The notes under the pieces: generated by a model | The model's database searches: none | What the model was told of the DNA's origin: nothing | What the model saw: only the letters and a program-made list of their open reading frames with translations | In this document: positions 17,755-28,275 of the stretch, piece by piece | How positions within the stretch are numbered: position 1 is the first letter of the stretch | Layout: every line of letters starts with the position of its first letter | Made by a program: the position numbers and the translations under genes | Assembly (NCBI GenBank): GCA_977017575.1 | Contig: CDRNVI010000053.1 | Span: 496,001-560,000, forward strand | DNA from: Paramoeba atlantica | Taxonomy: Eukaryota > Protista > Discosea | Reading direction: 5' to 3' | DNA: 64,000 nt

Positions 17755-19452
17755 ATGGAAGAGGGTTCGACAGACGCCTCGACCTATCCCTTACTTAGCC
17801 CTCTGTCTCATGAGGCATTACTGGAGCACTCGAACAGCAACCTTGGTGAGGAGGACGATGAGGGATCAATAGAATATAAGTTGAAATTAACGAAAATTAC
17901 ACCCACAAGACTAAAACATTTAGTGACTCAGATGCAATATCGAGTCGCGGAAGGCCGTGGAGAATGTCTCTATGAAGTAGGTGTCGCTAACGATGGTTCT
18001 GCGATAGGGGTTTCCGAGCAAGATTACAACGAAACTTTAAAGACCTTACAACAAATGTCCCGAATATTGAATTACTCGCTGACTGTGTTGCACAAGAAAG
18101 TTATTTCTGCGCGTCCTCGCCGCGTCTGTGGTGAGATGCTGGTATGTCGTCCCAGTATTCAAACAAGCCTTACGACACTTCGCGTAGCTTTTTGCGGCGC
18201 TGTTGATGCAGGGAAGAGTACATTAATCAGTGTGCTTGTTGAGGGCGAACCTGACGATGGATGCGGGACCGCTCGCCAATCTGTATTTCGCCACAAACAT
18301 GAGCTTCAAACAGGAAGAACTTCTTGTTTGTCGGTGCATTTGCTTGGATTTTCTTTATCTGGACGCGTAATACATCAACATGAAATGACGAGTGATATTC
18401 GCAAGCAATTCGATTCATCAGGAATGCGAATTGTTGCACTATATGACTTAGCAGGAAGTGAAAAATATTTATCTACATGTACAGTGCCGGCACTTAGTGC
18501 GTGGGAACCAGACATTGGATGCGTCACAATCGACGTTGTGCGGGGAGTGCAATCAATGACGAAAGAGCAGACTAGGCTTTGCGTTAATTTGGGGTTTCCT
18601 TGGTTTGTTGTTCTCACAAAAATTGATTTAGTGGAACCTTACAAAGTTCTAACTGTATTGGATGAAATTAAAGAATTCGTACGATTGCAGGGATCTGATT
18701 TTGACTCTTTCATCGTCGAGCGCGTAGATCAGCTTTCGTCAATAATCAGTCACGAGTCGTCTTCGGGTTGGTCTAGGAATATTATTCCCATTATACCTAC
18801 TTCAAGTGTAACTTGTGAAAGATTTGACATATTGCACAGCTTGCTATACCGCTCACCTCTACTCCACAATTGGGAATTAGCTAGAAAAATGCCTCTTCAT
18901 GTCACCTTGACAAAGCATAGCTTCTTTCCCGATCTTGGATCGGTGTATCACGGCTTGGTAAATCAAGGAACAATAAAAATACGTGATCGAGTCATGTTCG
19001 GTCCATCGAAAAATGCAGAATTCGTACATGCATACGTTCGTTCGTTACACGTTCAGAGCGTTCCAGTTCACGAAACTCACGCTGGAGCAGAAGTTACGAT
19101 GATTTTAGACGTCGAGTACGATTGTCACGCAAAGGGATACATCCCTTTTCGTCCTGGCATGGTCTTGGCTTTTAGAGCACCATCCGCTGTATACTCGTTT
19201 GCTGCCCAAATGATCATTTTAAGGTCAAATTTTCGCATCGGGGCTGAACCTATTATTCAGTGCAGAAGTATACGACAATGTGCTTTGATTCAGACCATTG
19301 ACTGGGACACACAGTCGGCACCAGAGCTTTCTGAGCAAGCACTCGTAAAGTTACGATGGCTATATCGACCGGAATACATTGCTCCCGGTTTTCGCATGAC
19401 CGCAATACTTTGTGGAGTTGCAGCTGTGGGTACAGTGGTTGATACAGAATAG
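17755..19452 (+). CDS. GTPBP1/GTPBP2-like translational GTPase
   Basis: N-terminal SIEYKLKL..LVTQMQYRVAEGRGECLYEVGV; G1 GAVDAGKST; FRHKHELQTGRTS; G3 DLAGSEKY; G4 TKID; C-terminal beta-barrel domains. Confidence 0.9.
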   Translation: MEEGSTDASTYPLLSPLSHEALLEHSNSNLGEEDDEGSIEYKLKLTKITPTRLKHLVTQMQYRVAEGRGECLYEVGVANDGSAIGVSEQDYNETLKTLQQMSRILNYSLTVLHKKVISARPRRVCGEMLVCRPSIQTSLTTLRVAFCGAVDAGKSTLISVLVEGEPDDGCGTARQSVFRHKHELQTGRTSCLSVHLLGFSLSGRVIHQHEMTSDIRKQFDSSGMRIVALYDLAGSEKYLSTCTVPALSAWEPDIGCVTIDVVRGVQSMTKEQTRLCVNLGFPWFVVLTKIDLVEPYKVLTVLDEIKEFVRLQGSDFDSFIVERVDQLSSIISHESSSGWSRNIIPIIPTSSVTCERFDILHSLLYRSPLLHNWELARKMPLHVTLTKHSFFPDLGSVYHGLVNQGTIKIRDRVMFGPSKNAEFVHAYVRSLHVQSVPVHETHAGAEVTMILDVEYDCHAKGYIPFRPGMVLAFRAPSAVYSFAAQMIILRSNFRIGAEPIIQCRSIRQCALIQTIDWDTQSAPELSEQALVKLRWLYRPEYIAPGFRMTAILCGVAAVGTVVDTE

Positions 19453-19610
19453 TCTCGCGGAACACTTTTCATGGAACTCCAAAAGATTGATAACGAATGC
19501 TTTTCTATCCATAATCTTTTCATTACTACTTTTATTCTTCTCCTCTATCACGATATGCTAATACATAAATTTGTTGTCAGTTTTCCAAAGCCCATATTTT
19601 TTTAAAAACG

Positions 19611-21266
19611 ATGTTGCGTTCCGCAGTTAAGGATGAAGAAATAGAGCACAACTTACTTCTTCAACTACAGGCCGAAGGCAAAATTATTGATTCGAAAGCG
19701 TTTGCAGACTTTAATAAAATCGATCATCAACGTGTGATCGGAATTGTTAAATCACTTCAATCCTCAGACGCGGTCCTAGGAACACTACATTCACGATCTC
19801 AATGGAAACTTACATCCGAAGGTATTCGTATCAGCCTCGAAGGATCTCCGGAGTACCAGGTTTACCGTATTGTTAAAGAAAACGGGGGAATACTTCCAAG
19901 AAACGGCATACTTCATGAATTGTCCGAAGCTCGTCATAAGGACTTGTCAATAGAAAATCAGTTCTCTAGTAAGACCCTAATAGAACGATCGACTCCGCAG
20001 GTCACTGCTTCTAAAACTCCATTAGAGCAAAAACTAAGAAGTAAAAGTGCTGGCGAAATCACACTCGATCTTGCTATGTGCAACGGAGCTCGTAGCGGCA
20101 TGCTAAAAATTGCTAAACAAGGCGGTATCGCTTATATCTGCGTTGGAGGAGATTTTCCGGTGGATGCTGTCCAGCAACAATGTTGTTCTGTGAAGGAAGG
20201 TGTAGAATTAGATGATGGGCAGTATAATTTGCTGAAAAAGCGCCAGTTGGCCATTCTTGAAAAGGAAAAATACTTTTCTCTGGAAAAAGGTCCAAATTTT
20301 TCGCTCGTGAGGACAAAGGAGGAAACTGATCTTACGCGTGCCATGCTTCAGTCGGGTTCTTGGAAATCAAGTGTGTTCAAATCGTATAATTTTGAAGCTG
20401 ACGGCATACGGCCGGCTACAGGAGCTCTGCACCCACTGATGAAGATACGCCAAGAGTATCGAGAACTTTTCTTGGAACTAGGATTTCAAGAAATGAAAAC
20501 GGACGACTTTGTCGAATCTAGTTTCTGGAATTTTGATGCTCTCTTCGTTCCTCAACGACACCCAGCGAGAGATATGCAAGACACCTTTTTCTTATCTGAA
20601 CCGGAGTCTTGTCCAGAACAGTTTCCTCCGGATTACGTGCAATCCGTGCGTGATGCTCACGAAAGTGGCAAGGGCTGCGACAGCACTGGGTACAGCTATC
20701 AATGGTCCGAGAAAGAAACACGGAAAAATGTCCTTCGTACACACACAACAGCTGTGACGGCGCGAAAGTTATATGAAATTGCACAACGTGCGCTTCGAAC
20801 ATGCCAAGACCCGATGCCTGGGAAGTACTTCTCTATCGATCGTGTCTTTCGCAACGAGGAAATGGATAAGACGCACTTGTGTGAGTTTCATCAAGTGGAA
20901 GGGTTTATCATTGATCGAAACCTGTCGCTCGCCCACATGATGAGTGTACTGAAGCAATTTTTCCTGAAGATCGGAATCGGGGAGCTTCGATTTAAACCTG
21001 CTTATAATCCATACACAGAACCATCCATGGAGATTTTTGGATATCATAGGACGCATCAAAAATGGGTTGAGGTGGGAAACAGCGGCGTCTTCCGTCCTGA
21101 AATGCTCCGTCCCATGGGATTCGGTCCTGATGTTACGGCCATTGCTTGGGGTTTATCTCTTGAACGACCTACGATGATCAAGTACGGCATACATAACATA
21201 CACGATTTGGTCGGTCTGAAGGTTGACCTTGGATTTATCAAGCGCTCACCGTTGTGTAGAATGTGA
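19611..21266 (+). CDS. FARSA: Phenylalanyl-tRNA synthetase alpha subunit (cytosolic type)
   Basis: GALHPL, FWNFDALFVPQRHPARDMQDTFF, LRTHTTAVTAR, KYFSIDRVFRNE, EFHQVEG, FKPAYNPYTEPSME, WVEVGNSGVFRPEML, AWGLSLERPTMIKYG. Confidence 0.98.
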   Translation: MLRSAVKDEEIEHNLLLQLQAEGKIIDSKAFADFNKIDHQRVIGIVKSLQSSDAVLGTLHSRSQWKLTSEGIRISLEGSPEYQVYRIVKENGGILPRNGILHELSEARHKDLSIENQFSSKTLIERSTPQVTASKTPLEQKLRSKSAGEITLDLAMCNGARSGMLKIAKQGGIAYICVGGDFPVDAVQQQCCSVKEGVELDDGQYNLLKKRQLAILEKEKYFSLEKGPNFSLVRTKEETDLTRAMLQSGSWKSSVFKSYNFEADGIRPATGALHPLMKIRQEYRELFLELGFQEMKTDDFVESSFWNFDALFVPQRHPARDMQDTFFLSEPESCPEQFPPDYVQSVRDAHESGKGCDSTGYSYQWSEKETRKNVLRTHTTAVTARKLYEIAQRALRTCQDPMPGKYFSIDRVFRNEEMDKTHLCEFHQVEGFIIDRNLSLAHMMSVLKQFFLKIGIGELRFKPAYNPYTEPSMEIFGYHRTHQKWVEVGNSGVFRPEMLRPMGFGPDVTAIAWGLSLERPTMIKYGIHNIHDLVGLKVDLGFIKRSPLCRM

Positions 21267-21618
21267 GCTATTTGTCCCTTCGAGTTTAATATTAGTGTCG
21301 TTAGTTATTCGGCGAGGGAAATAATCTAGCGTACCTGTTATAGAGTGTTATACAGTGCTATACAGTGTATGTTCTTACTTACATGTACATCGTATGTCAC
21401 AATCCGAATATCCGAGCTGGGCGGCGAAATACCGAAAACTAAGAAAACGTATATTTTGATCAGGAATGAAGTTTTATCTTTATCGCAAAATAGTGTGCCA
21501 CAAAAACTAGGATAGAATTGCATAAAAATGATCATTGCATCTAAATCACAATCCTCTTTAACGTTTCCATAAGCTGTCATAAGCACAGTATGCAGGTGTA
21601 TATAATTCATTTCAATAC

Positions 21619-22392
21619 ATGCGTCTTAAAATGAACATTCTTCCCGTTCCGCTACTTAAGGACAACTATGCCTATATCTTACGATGTTCCACTACCCAAA
21701 CAACGGCCATAGTAGATGCCCCGCATGGGGATCTGTCCCCACTCTACGCCTCCTTATCCACCACCCCGAGTCATGTTCTCACGACTCACAAACATCTCGA
21801 CCACTGCGGGGGTAATTTGGAGCTCAGTCGCCGGTACCCCGGAATTGAAATCGTCGGAGGGGCGACCGAGGAGATTCCAGCGGTCACAAAAAAGGTAAAT
21901 CATGGGGAGGAGTTCGCCTTGGGTGCGCTGAGCATTCGTGTACTACACACCCCTTGTCACACTACCGGACATGTGTGTTATTACGTATCTTCCAGACGCG
22001 AAGGCCCGGGTTGTGTTTTCACGGGAGATACACTGTTTACTGCGGGAATCGGGGCATTTTTTGAAGGCACGGCAAGCGATATGGTGGGTAGTTTGAAGAC
22101 GCTGTTAAGACTCCCTTTGTCCACTCAGGTTTATTGCGGGCATGAATATACGGAGAGTTTTCTTGAGCGTGCGAGAAATGTGGAGAGTGATAACATGGAT
22201 GCTTTGCAGATGGCGGCGGAAGTGCGAAAGAAGCGAGAAGACGGACACCCCACAGTGGGAACAACTTTGGCTGAAGAACTCAAGTATAATGTTTTTCTTC
22301 GATGTCTGTACCCGGAACTGCAAAAGTCGTTTGGCATATACGATGAAATATGTCTATTAGAGAAAGTGTACTCAATGACTCGGAGGAAATGA
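21619..22392 (+). CDS. GLO2: Glyoxalase II (hydroxyacylglutathione hydrolase family), trypanothione-type
   Basis: DNYAY, THKHLDHCGGN, HTPCHTTGH, FTGDTLF, CGHEYT; has AGIGAFFEG where glutathione-type enzymes have GCGKFYEG. Confidence 0.93.
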   Translation: MRLKMNILPVPLLKDNYAYILRCSTTQTTAIVDAPHGDLSPLYASLSTTPSHVLTTHKHLDHCGGNLELSRRYPGIEIVGGATEEIPAVTKKVNHGEEFALGALSIRVLHTPCHTTGHVCYYVSSRREGPGCVFTGDTLFTAGIGAFFEGTASDMVGSLKTLLRLPLSTQVYCGHEYTESFLERARNVESDNMDALQMAAEVRKKREDGHPTVGTTLAEELKYNVFLRCLYPELQKSFGIYDEICLLEKVYSMTRRK

Positions 22393-22424
22393 TTTTTCTT
22401 CTACTATGCATCTACTACACTGTA

Positions 22425-23183
22425 CAGTGGTGTCTTTTACTCCCCCCTACAGGTCATTTATTTTGTTCGATTTTAGAAATATTTTGTATGGGACTGTTTT
22501 TCGACCCAATCGTTCCGAATCTGAAGTCCTTTTCACTCGTGGACACCTACTTACATGTATATCATTCCTAAATTGAAAACAAACTGCCAAAAACTCGCTA
22601 ATTTTTTTCAAAATTAGAAATTGTTTTTCAAAATTGATACATTTTTTGGTGATTCATGACGAAGAAGCAAGGCCCCCTGTGTTTACCTTCCTCTCGCGTG
22701 CGCCCCGAGATGCGCACGGCACTCGTGATCGAATACGAGTAACTTGAGTCCCATAAGGCAGTCGCAAAACTTCAGAAATTTAACCCCGGGTCCATCATTG
22801 TAACTTTTCGTTTTTTTTCCGAAGATCAACCGGAAACGTTTAAGAATATCTTCTGGAACTATCGTAAGCGTTTACTCTTGGTCAAGGAGGCCAAAGGGCA
22901 TATTACTAAATACTAGAAAATACTTTACACTCCTTTTCCGCGTCTTCTGACTTAATTTACTACTGTTTTTCATCCGAAACATTCGAAAAAGTACACCCAA
23001 AAAGTTGTAATTAGCTTTTTTGACCCCTACCTGGCTAGGAGGTAGGGGGTCGCTCGAGTGAAAAGGACCCCGAATTCGGAAGGGTTGGGTCGAAAAACGG
23101 TGGTATACCAAATATTTCCAAAATCGGACGAAATACAAGACCTGTAGGGGGGGGGGGGGGGTAAAAGAGGCTGATCACCACTG
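22425..23183 (-). mobile_element. Non-autonomous Tc1/mariner-type TIR element, family A copy 2 (inverted relative to copy 1)
   Basis: TA at 22423-24 and 23184-85. Ends are CAGTGGTG..TCTTTTAC and GTAAAAGAGGCTGATCACCACTG. The interior (e.g. 22921-23120) is the reverse complement of 13440-13650 with scattered substitutions. Confidence 0.9.
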
Positions 23184-23285
23184 TATCTAGTGTGGTAAAA
23201 CAGCAGAGAACGTATGGGCTGTGTCGGTTCTTTTCTATTCTTATTGACCTTGAAACATTTGACATCTTGTAACAATATATATACA

Positions 23286-25052
23286 ATGCGCGGGCACCCT
23301 CTGCCTGGTGGTTACAGTCCGCTCCACCATTTTTCAATGGAATCTAGGTACGTAGCACGAAATTTCGAAGAATTTAAGACCATTGTGAGCAATCCGGGCC
23401 CCTTTTCCGTGAAATACTCTAGAGATTATCTAGAGTGGTACTGGAAAGCCTACCAAACAAAGGTAAAGAATCATGAAAAGAAAAGCGAATTTGAGAATAA
23501 AGACTGCAATGAAATGTTAGATAGCCACACGCCTCGTCATTTATATACCATGCCTCCTACCTCTGCTCGACGCAAAGAGCATGAAAGAGCCAAAGCAGGT
23601 GCTCAATTGGTCATAGATCGGTGTGCCCGTCGGCACGCCTTACTAGATGTTTGGGAAAGGAAACCGCAGTATCCCCATATTGATCTTTTCAATTCGGTGA
23701 CTTCTTCGCATATTCACGAATTAGTCCGCAAGTTTCTTGATTTGTCGGTTAGTGTTGCTTCTTTTTGGATTCGCATAGTTATGTTCGCAACCCTAATTAT
23801 TCACAAGTATCCTGAAACATTTTCTAAAGTGGCCCCACAACTTAAGGAAGTTATTGAGAAAGTTTCATGGGATCGCTCGTCAAAAGCTGCCGGAAATTCA
23901 CCCACCAAAAGATTACATGATATGATGAATAATCTGCTGCGAAGATACGACATTCATAATGCAGTCGAAGCTTCCCTTGTTCTATCTTGCTTAGAAAGAG
24001 ACTCACTTTCGGCATTAAATGTCCAAACGGATTCCCCCAAAATCAATCTTCAGGAATACCACTTTGTTTCTCTGCATACGCACGTTCCACAATCCACAGA
24101 TGCTCTGTTTAAAGAAGAAAATCTGGCATTATTGAGATGCTATTTGTATGCTGAGATGAATTCATGGGTCCCTAGTCCCGTTTTCCGAGCCCATCCAGCC
24201 GCTAAAGAAGTCGTTACGTTACCAAGCTCTGACCTTTCGCGCATACCATCTCCAGAGAGCGTACAATTTTTCTTTGCTGCGAGCGTTCCTCAGATTCGAA
24301 GGCTCGAAACGCGTTTAAAGGAAGCTACGATGATACATCGGCAGATCGCCCTACAAGATGACAAATATATTAATCCTCGAACACTGTACAACCCCAAAAC
24401 GTTTCGTGCAGAAATACGAGATGAAATCAGTATAAAAATGGAGCGTGCATTGCTAAAGTATGAAGGAGCTTCAAGGCGCTTGAAGCCACGCAGTCCAGAA
24501 GAAGAAGCTGAAGAATTGGCTAGTCAAGGCAGTACTCAAGTGAAACCATCCCTTTATTTTTTTGCGAGACGTCTTAAAGCAGAGCCAACTGTTTCCCTTG
24601 CGCTTTCCATGGATAGTGGAGGAGAAGTTCGCCGCAGACTATTTGATGCAGCGAAGGAGATGTATCTTGAGCGGTTGCACTATTTTGATGATCGTTTGCG
24701 TTACTTGCACAATCAACAAAGTAAGGTAGCGCTGACTCTGTTGGATAAAGCCATAGAAGATACGATTCGCCATCATGAAAAATTATTCGGTTCGAGGTTA
24801 CATCTCGGGGCTGGTGCAGCACTTTTTTTGAATGGTTCTCATGTCCCCTTAGCGGAACGACACTTCGACGAATATGGTGCTCATAGTCGACAGACTAGAG
24901 AGAATTACGCACGGCGTTATATTTCTCCTATGGACCGACCGAGTGCAGAACAGTCTTTCAGCACTACAACATCGTCGGAGGGGACTGAATCGTCTGTTCA
25001 CGGAGATACTCAAAATTTGGAAGACATGCCTACCTCTCCAGAAAGCCCATAG
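23286..25052 (+). CDS. Hypothetical protein (about 588 aa, largely helical)
   Basis: Long ORF in the gene cluster; first plausible ATG downstream of the MITE is 23286; no family recognised. Confidence 0.75.
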   Translation: MRGHPLPGGYSPLHHFSMESRYVARNFEEFKTIVSNPGPFSVKYSRDYLEWYWKAYQTKVKNHEKKSEFENKDCNEMLDSHTPRHLYTMPPTSARRKEHERAKAGAQLVIDRCARRHALLDVWERKPQYPHIDLFNSVTSSHIHELVRKFLDLSVSVASFWIRIVMFATLIIHKYPETFSKVAPQLKEVIEKVSWDRSSKAAGNSPTKRLHDMMNNLLRRYDIHNAVEASLVLSCLERDSLSALNVQTDSPKINLQEYHFVSLHTHVPQSTDALFKEENLALLRCYLYAEMNSWVPSPVFRAHPAAKEVVTLPSSDLSRIPSPESVQFFFAASVPQIRRLETRLKEATMIHRQIALQDDKYINPRTLYNPKTFRAEIRDEISIKMERALLKYEGASRRLKPRSPEEEAEELASQGSTQVKPSLYFFARRLKAEPTVSLALSMDSGGEVRRRLFDAAKEMYLERLHYFDDRLRYLHNQQSKVALTLLDKAIEDTIRHHEKLFGSRLHLGAGAALFLNGSHVPLAERHFDEYGAHSRQTRENYARRYISPMDRPSAEQSFSTTTSSEGTESSVHGDTQNLEDMPTSPESP

Positions 25053-25634
25053 CTCATACCAAATTTGTAAGAACTCATTAATATATCGATTTTTGTATGT
25101 TCATGATTCGTTAAGAAGACTTTGCATCCAAGGATGCAGAGCGATACTGCACATCTTGTACAATCTGAAACAAAGTTCTCTTCACTTTGCTCTAGTTGCT
25201 TATTCCTTCAGTGAAACGTGCACAATAGTAATGTACAACTGTATATTCAACCTATTACGAAAAGAAAAAAAGCGAGAGTGTCGAGTTACGAGGTTTAATG
25301 TCTTTGCGGCGACGTCAGGCCTGCCGTGTAATATGTTATTTGAATCTGCATAAAGCCTACAAGCCACAGCTTCAGTCTCCAAAACTTCTTTTGCGGTAAA
25401 CAATGTACTTGTTCCTTTCTGCATACTGATAGATGATCTACATCTGTGTACCTAAGATCTGTATATTATGGTATGTGAATGGAAGAATGATTATTCCAAC
25501 AATCCAGTGCACTTCATTGTCTATTAGTGTGGTCATTGGGGCTTTAAAATGCTACGAATTACAACATACCACTGCCAAAATGAAATGATCCTTCTAGAAA
25601 TATTTTTATTAAACTTACATATGCTTTGGTCAGC

Positions 25635-27194
25635 ATGCAAATGGAAACGGAAAAGAATTTGAAAACAGTCAAGGTACGTCGAAAATGGAAGGGTCCTATA
25701 TCAGTTCAACGAGACCCTGAAGAAGCTACTGTGGTAAAGGACATAGGAAAAGATCCAGAAGAAGAGAAGTCTGATAGCGAACCAGAATTCGTGCTAGACA
25801 TTGACCCTTCCGAAACAAATCCCGTAGTTGAGCCTGAAAGGAAAGTTTTATTAACCGGAGAGCAATCTGCCACGCAAAAGAATAAACCGCAAGCTCGTAT
25901 ATTTGACCCCGCTCTACGTCATATAAAGAAACCTCGTCATACGCACCGTGAACTTGCGCTTTTTCTAAAATCGAATTTAGATACTGCAGAAAAGCAAAAA
26001 CTGGAAAACGTATCGACTGAAACGACATCCTATTCCCAGAGTACAATCACACCTATTGAATTTCTACAACGCATTCGAAAACCGAAGATAGCTGGTAAAC
26101 GGAAGCAGTTTAGCAGAGAATATGCAACCGACTCGGCAACACCCACGTTACACAGAACAAATACTTCCACCAATGATATTGTGTCAGAATCTCGTGTCGA
26201 GCGAAGGCACGAATACAATTCAATAGGATTTCCATGGGTAACGGGCATTGTCGACAACAGTGATCTCCGGCCTCCTCCGAACGTCGAATGGTGGGATGCG
26301 GATTGGATGGAACCTCTGGACTTCTCCACGTTGGACCCCGCTAATCTAGAAAATCTGTCCGCCACAATGAAAAAGTCCACTCCTTTAGTAATGTACGGTC
26401 ATTCAGCTATTCAAGATTCCACGAGAAATGGAAATCTTAATCCTTTAAGTATCCAACCCATTGCCGAACGTGCAGAAGTTTTACCAAAAACAAAATCTGA
26501 AAGGAAAAAAGAACGACGCATTCGGAGGAAAGAAAAGGCTGAAAAAGGTCGGCAGGCTATACGTCGCGGGGAAGTCGAGCCTCCAGCTCCCAAACTTACC
26601 TTGAAAAACGTACAAAAAATTCTTCAAAATCGAAAGGTGGCACAAATGGATCCCACTGCTCAAGAAATGCTTGTTTTGGAAGATCAAGCACGTCGTATTG
26701 AGGCTCACGAACAGCGTAACGCTGTTCGCAAGCTCAGTTCAAAAGAACGGGGAGAAAAAGTACGGCTCAAGCGGGAGGCAGACGCCAAAATTAATCCCAT
26801 AAGGTCCGTTTTTCGAATTGATTTTAAAAATGGGGAAACAGGGAAATCGTTGTACAAAATCTACACCAACGGAACGCAACTCCATGCGTGTGGGCTCGTC
26901 TTGAGTGTAGGTACAATGGGTATCGTTATTTTGGAGACAGGTCGCAAGCCCACAGGAAAACTATACACCCTTCTGACGCGACGAATGCGAAATGAGGTTG
27001 ATGCCATACTAGTGTTTCAAGGTCCACTATCTGCATCTCAATTTAGAGCATTTGAGCGGAGAGAATTTTCACATGAGGTAACAGCTAGAATTTATTTGAG
27101 GGATCGGCAGTATGAATTAGCATGGGATTCGGTGCTAAACACGACGCAAGCTTCAACGCCGGTGAACAGCGGGAATATTCAGGAAGATCAATAA
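25635..27194 (+). CDS. PRP3: U4/U6 snRNP protein PRP3
   Basis: PPPNVEWWDA; KSERKKERRIRRKE..RRGEVEPPAPKLTLKNV..DPT..E..RR..HE.RN..RKL; C-terminal DUF1115-like region. Confidence 0.88.
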   Translation: MQMETEKNLKTVKVRRKWKGPISVQRDPEEATVVKDIGKDPEEEKSDSEPEFVLDIDPSETNPVVEPERKVLLTGEQSATQKNKPQARIFDPALRHIKKPRHTHRELALFLKSNLDTAEKQKLENVSTETTSYSQSTITPIEFLQRIRKPKIAGKRKQFSREYATDSATPTLHRTNTSTNDIVSESRVERRHEYNSIGFPWVTGIVDNSDLRPPPNVEWWDADWMEPLDFSTLDPANLENLSATMKKSTPLVMYGHSAIQDSTRNGNLNPLSIQPIAERAEVLPKTKSERKKERRIRRKEKAEKGRQAIRRGEVEPPAPKLTLKNVQKILQNRKVAQMDPTAQEMLVLEDQARRIEAHEQRNAVRKLSSKERGEKVRLKREADAKINPIRSVFRIDFKNGETGKSLYKIYTNGTQLHACGLVLSVGTMGIVILETGRKPTGKLYTLLTRRMRNEVDAILVFQGPLSASQFRAFERREFSHEVTARIYLRDRQYELAWDSVLNTTQASTPVNSGNIQEDQ

Positions 27195-27608
27195 TGTTTT
27201 GATGTTATGCCCTAGCTATAGTAGTTGGACCACATTTTTAACATACTCTCCTGAGCAGCAGCTCCAGAAAATATGAAGCAGTGCTGTGAAGCAGTTGCTG
27301 TGTGTTTATCGTCATAGTTCTATAAGTTCATGCCTGGAATCCTTCAATGAGCAATGGAGCGTCTACAAAGAATCTAGCGTCCAGAAACTATTAAGGGTAG
27401 ATAAAAACGAAATCTTATTAGTATTACTATTTGTATTTAGTGGTGAAACGGTTTACTACCAAAGGAAAATTCAAGAATCCGAAATCAAAATTTAGACTAA
27501 ACTACAGTGAGGTATAGAAGCATCGTATATTTTATTTTGAGTTGTTTTCTTTGAATTGTTTCCCACACTCATGTATCGGGTGTACAGGATAGCTGCGATA
27601 GAAATCTA

Positions 27609-28118
27609 ATGCGCCAAACCAAGCGTTTGTTGGCTCAGAGGACTGTAATATTTTTGCATCGCCTCACATTACGTCCGAAGCAAGTCCTGAACTCTACGCG
27701 AGTGTTCACGTCGGAGGATATTGCAGCATATTCTGCTCTTACCGGTGATAATAACCCCTTGCACGAAATAGCTGAGATTCCTCGGAGCCTCGGACTTGCA
27801 CGTGCCTCTGATAAGCGGCTTGTCCCCGGTTGGCTCACTGCATCACATTTCAGCGCCCTTATGGCCAATGTTCTCCCTGGACCCTATTGTATATATCGTT
27901 CGCAAGCCCTACAATTTCGTGCTCCTGTCTACGAAGGGGATGTTGTGCGGTATGAAATTCGTGTTTTGCGACACTGCTCTCGATCTGGGATGGTTTCACT
28001 ACTCACCATGGCCTACGTCGGTGAGTCTTGTGTTCTTGAAGGTAGGGCAGAAGGAAAGCATGTCCCTCCATCTAAAGCGTTGTCCCAAGCACAGCAGGAA
28101 ATCAACAAGTCAGAGTAA
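27609..28118 (+). CDS. MaoC-like hot-dog dehydratase (HTD2-like 3-hydroxyacyl-thioester dehydratase), presequence-like N-terminus
   Basis: RVFTSEDIAAYSALTGDNNPLH, LVPG, LPGP, QALQFRAPVYEGD. Confidence 0.88.
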   Translation: MRQTKRLLAQRTVIFLHRLTLRPKQVLNSTRVFTSEDIAAYSALTGDNNPLHEIAEIPRSLGLARASDKRLVPGWLTASHFSALMANVLPGPYCIYRSQALQFRAPVYEGDVVRYEIRVLRHCSRSGMVSLLTMAYVGESCVLEGRAEGKHVPPSKALSQAQQEINKSE

Positions 28119-28275
28119 AGTTCGGACCTTTTAACCTTATCCGGTGCAGTCAAGACGCGGATTTTTTTAAGTCGAATCTAACATAAAATTTATTTTTAAT
28201 TGAAATTTGGTATTGGATCTATGTCTCCCAGCACAAGCATCTCCTGAATAGTTGAATTATTTTTCAAGACAATTA

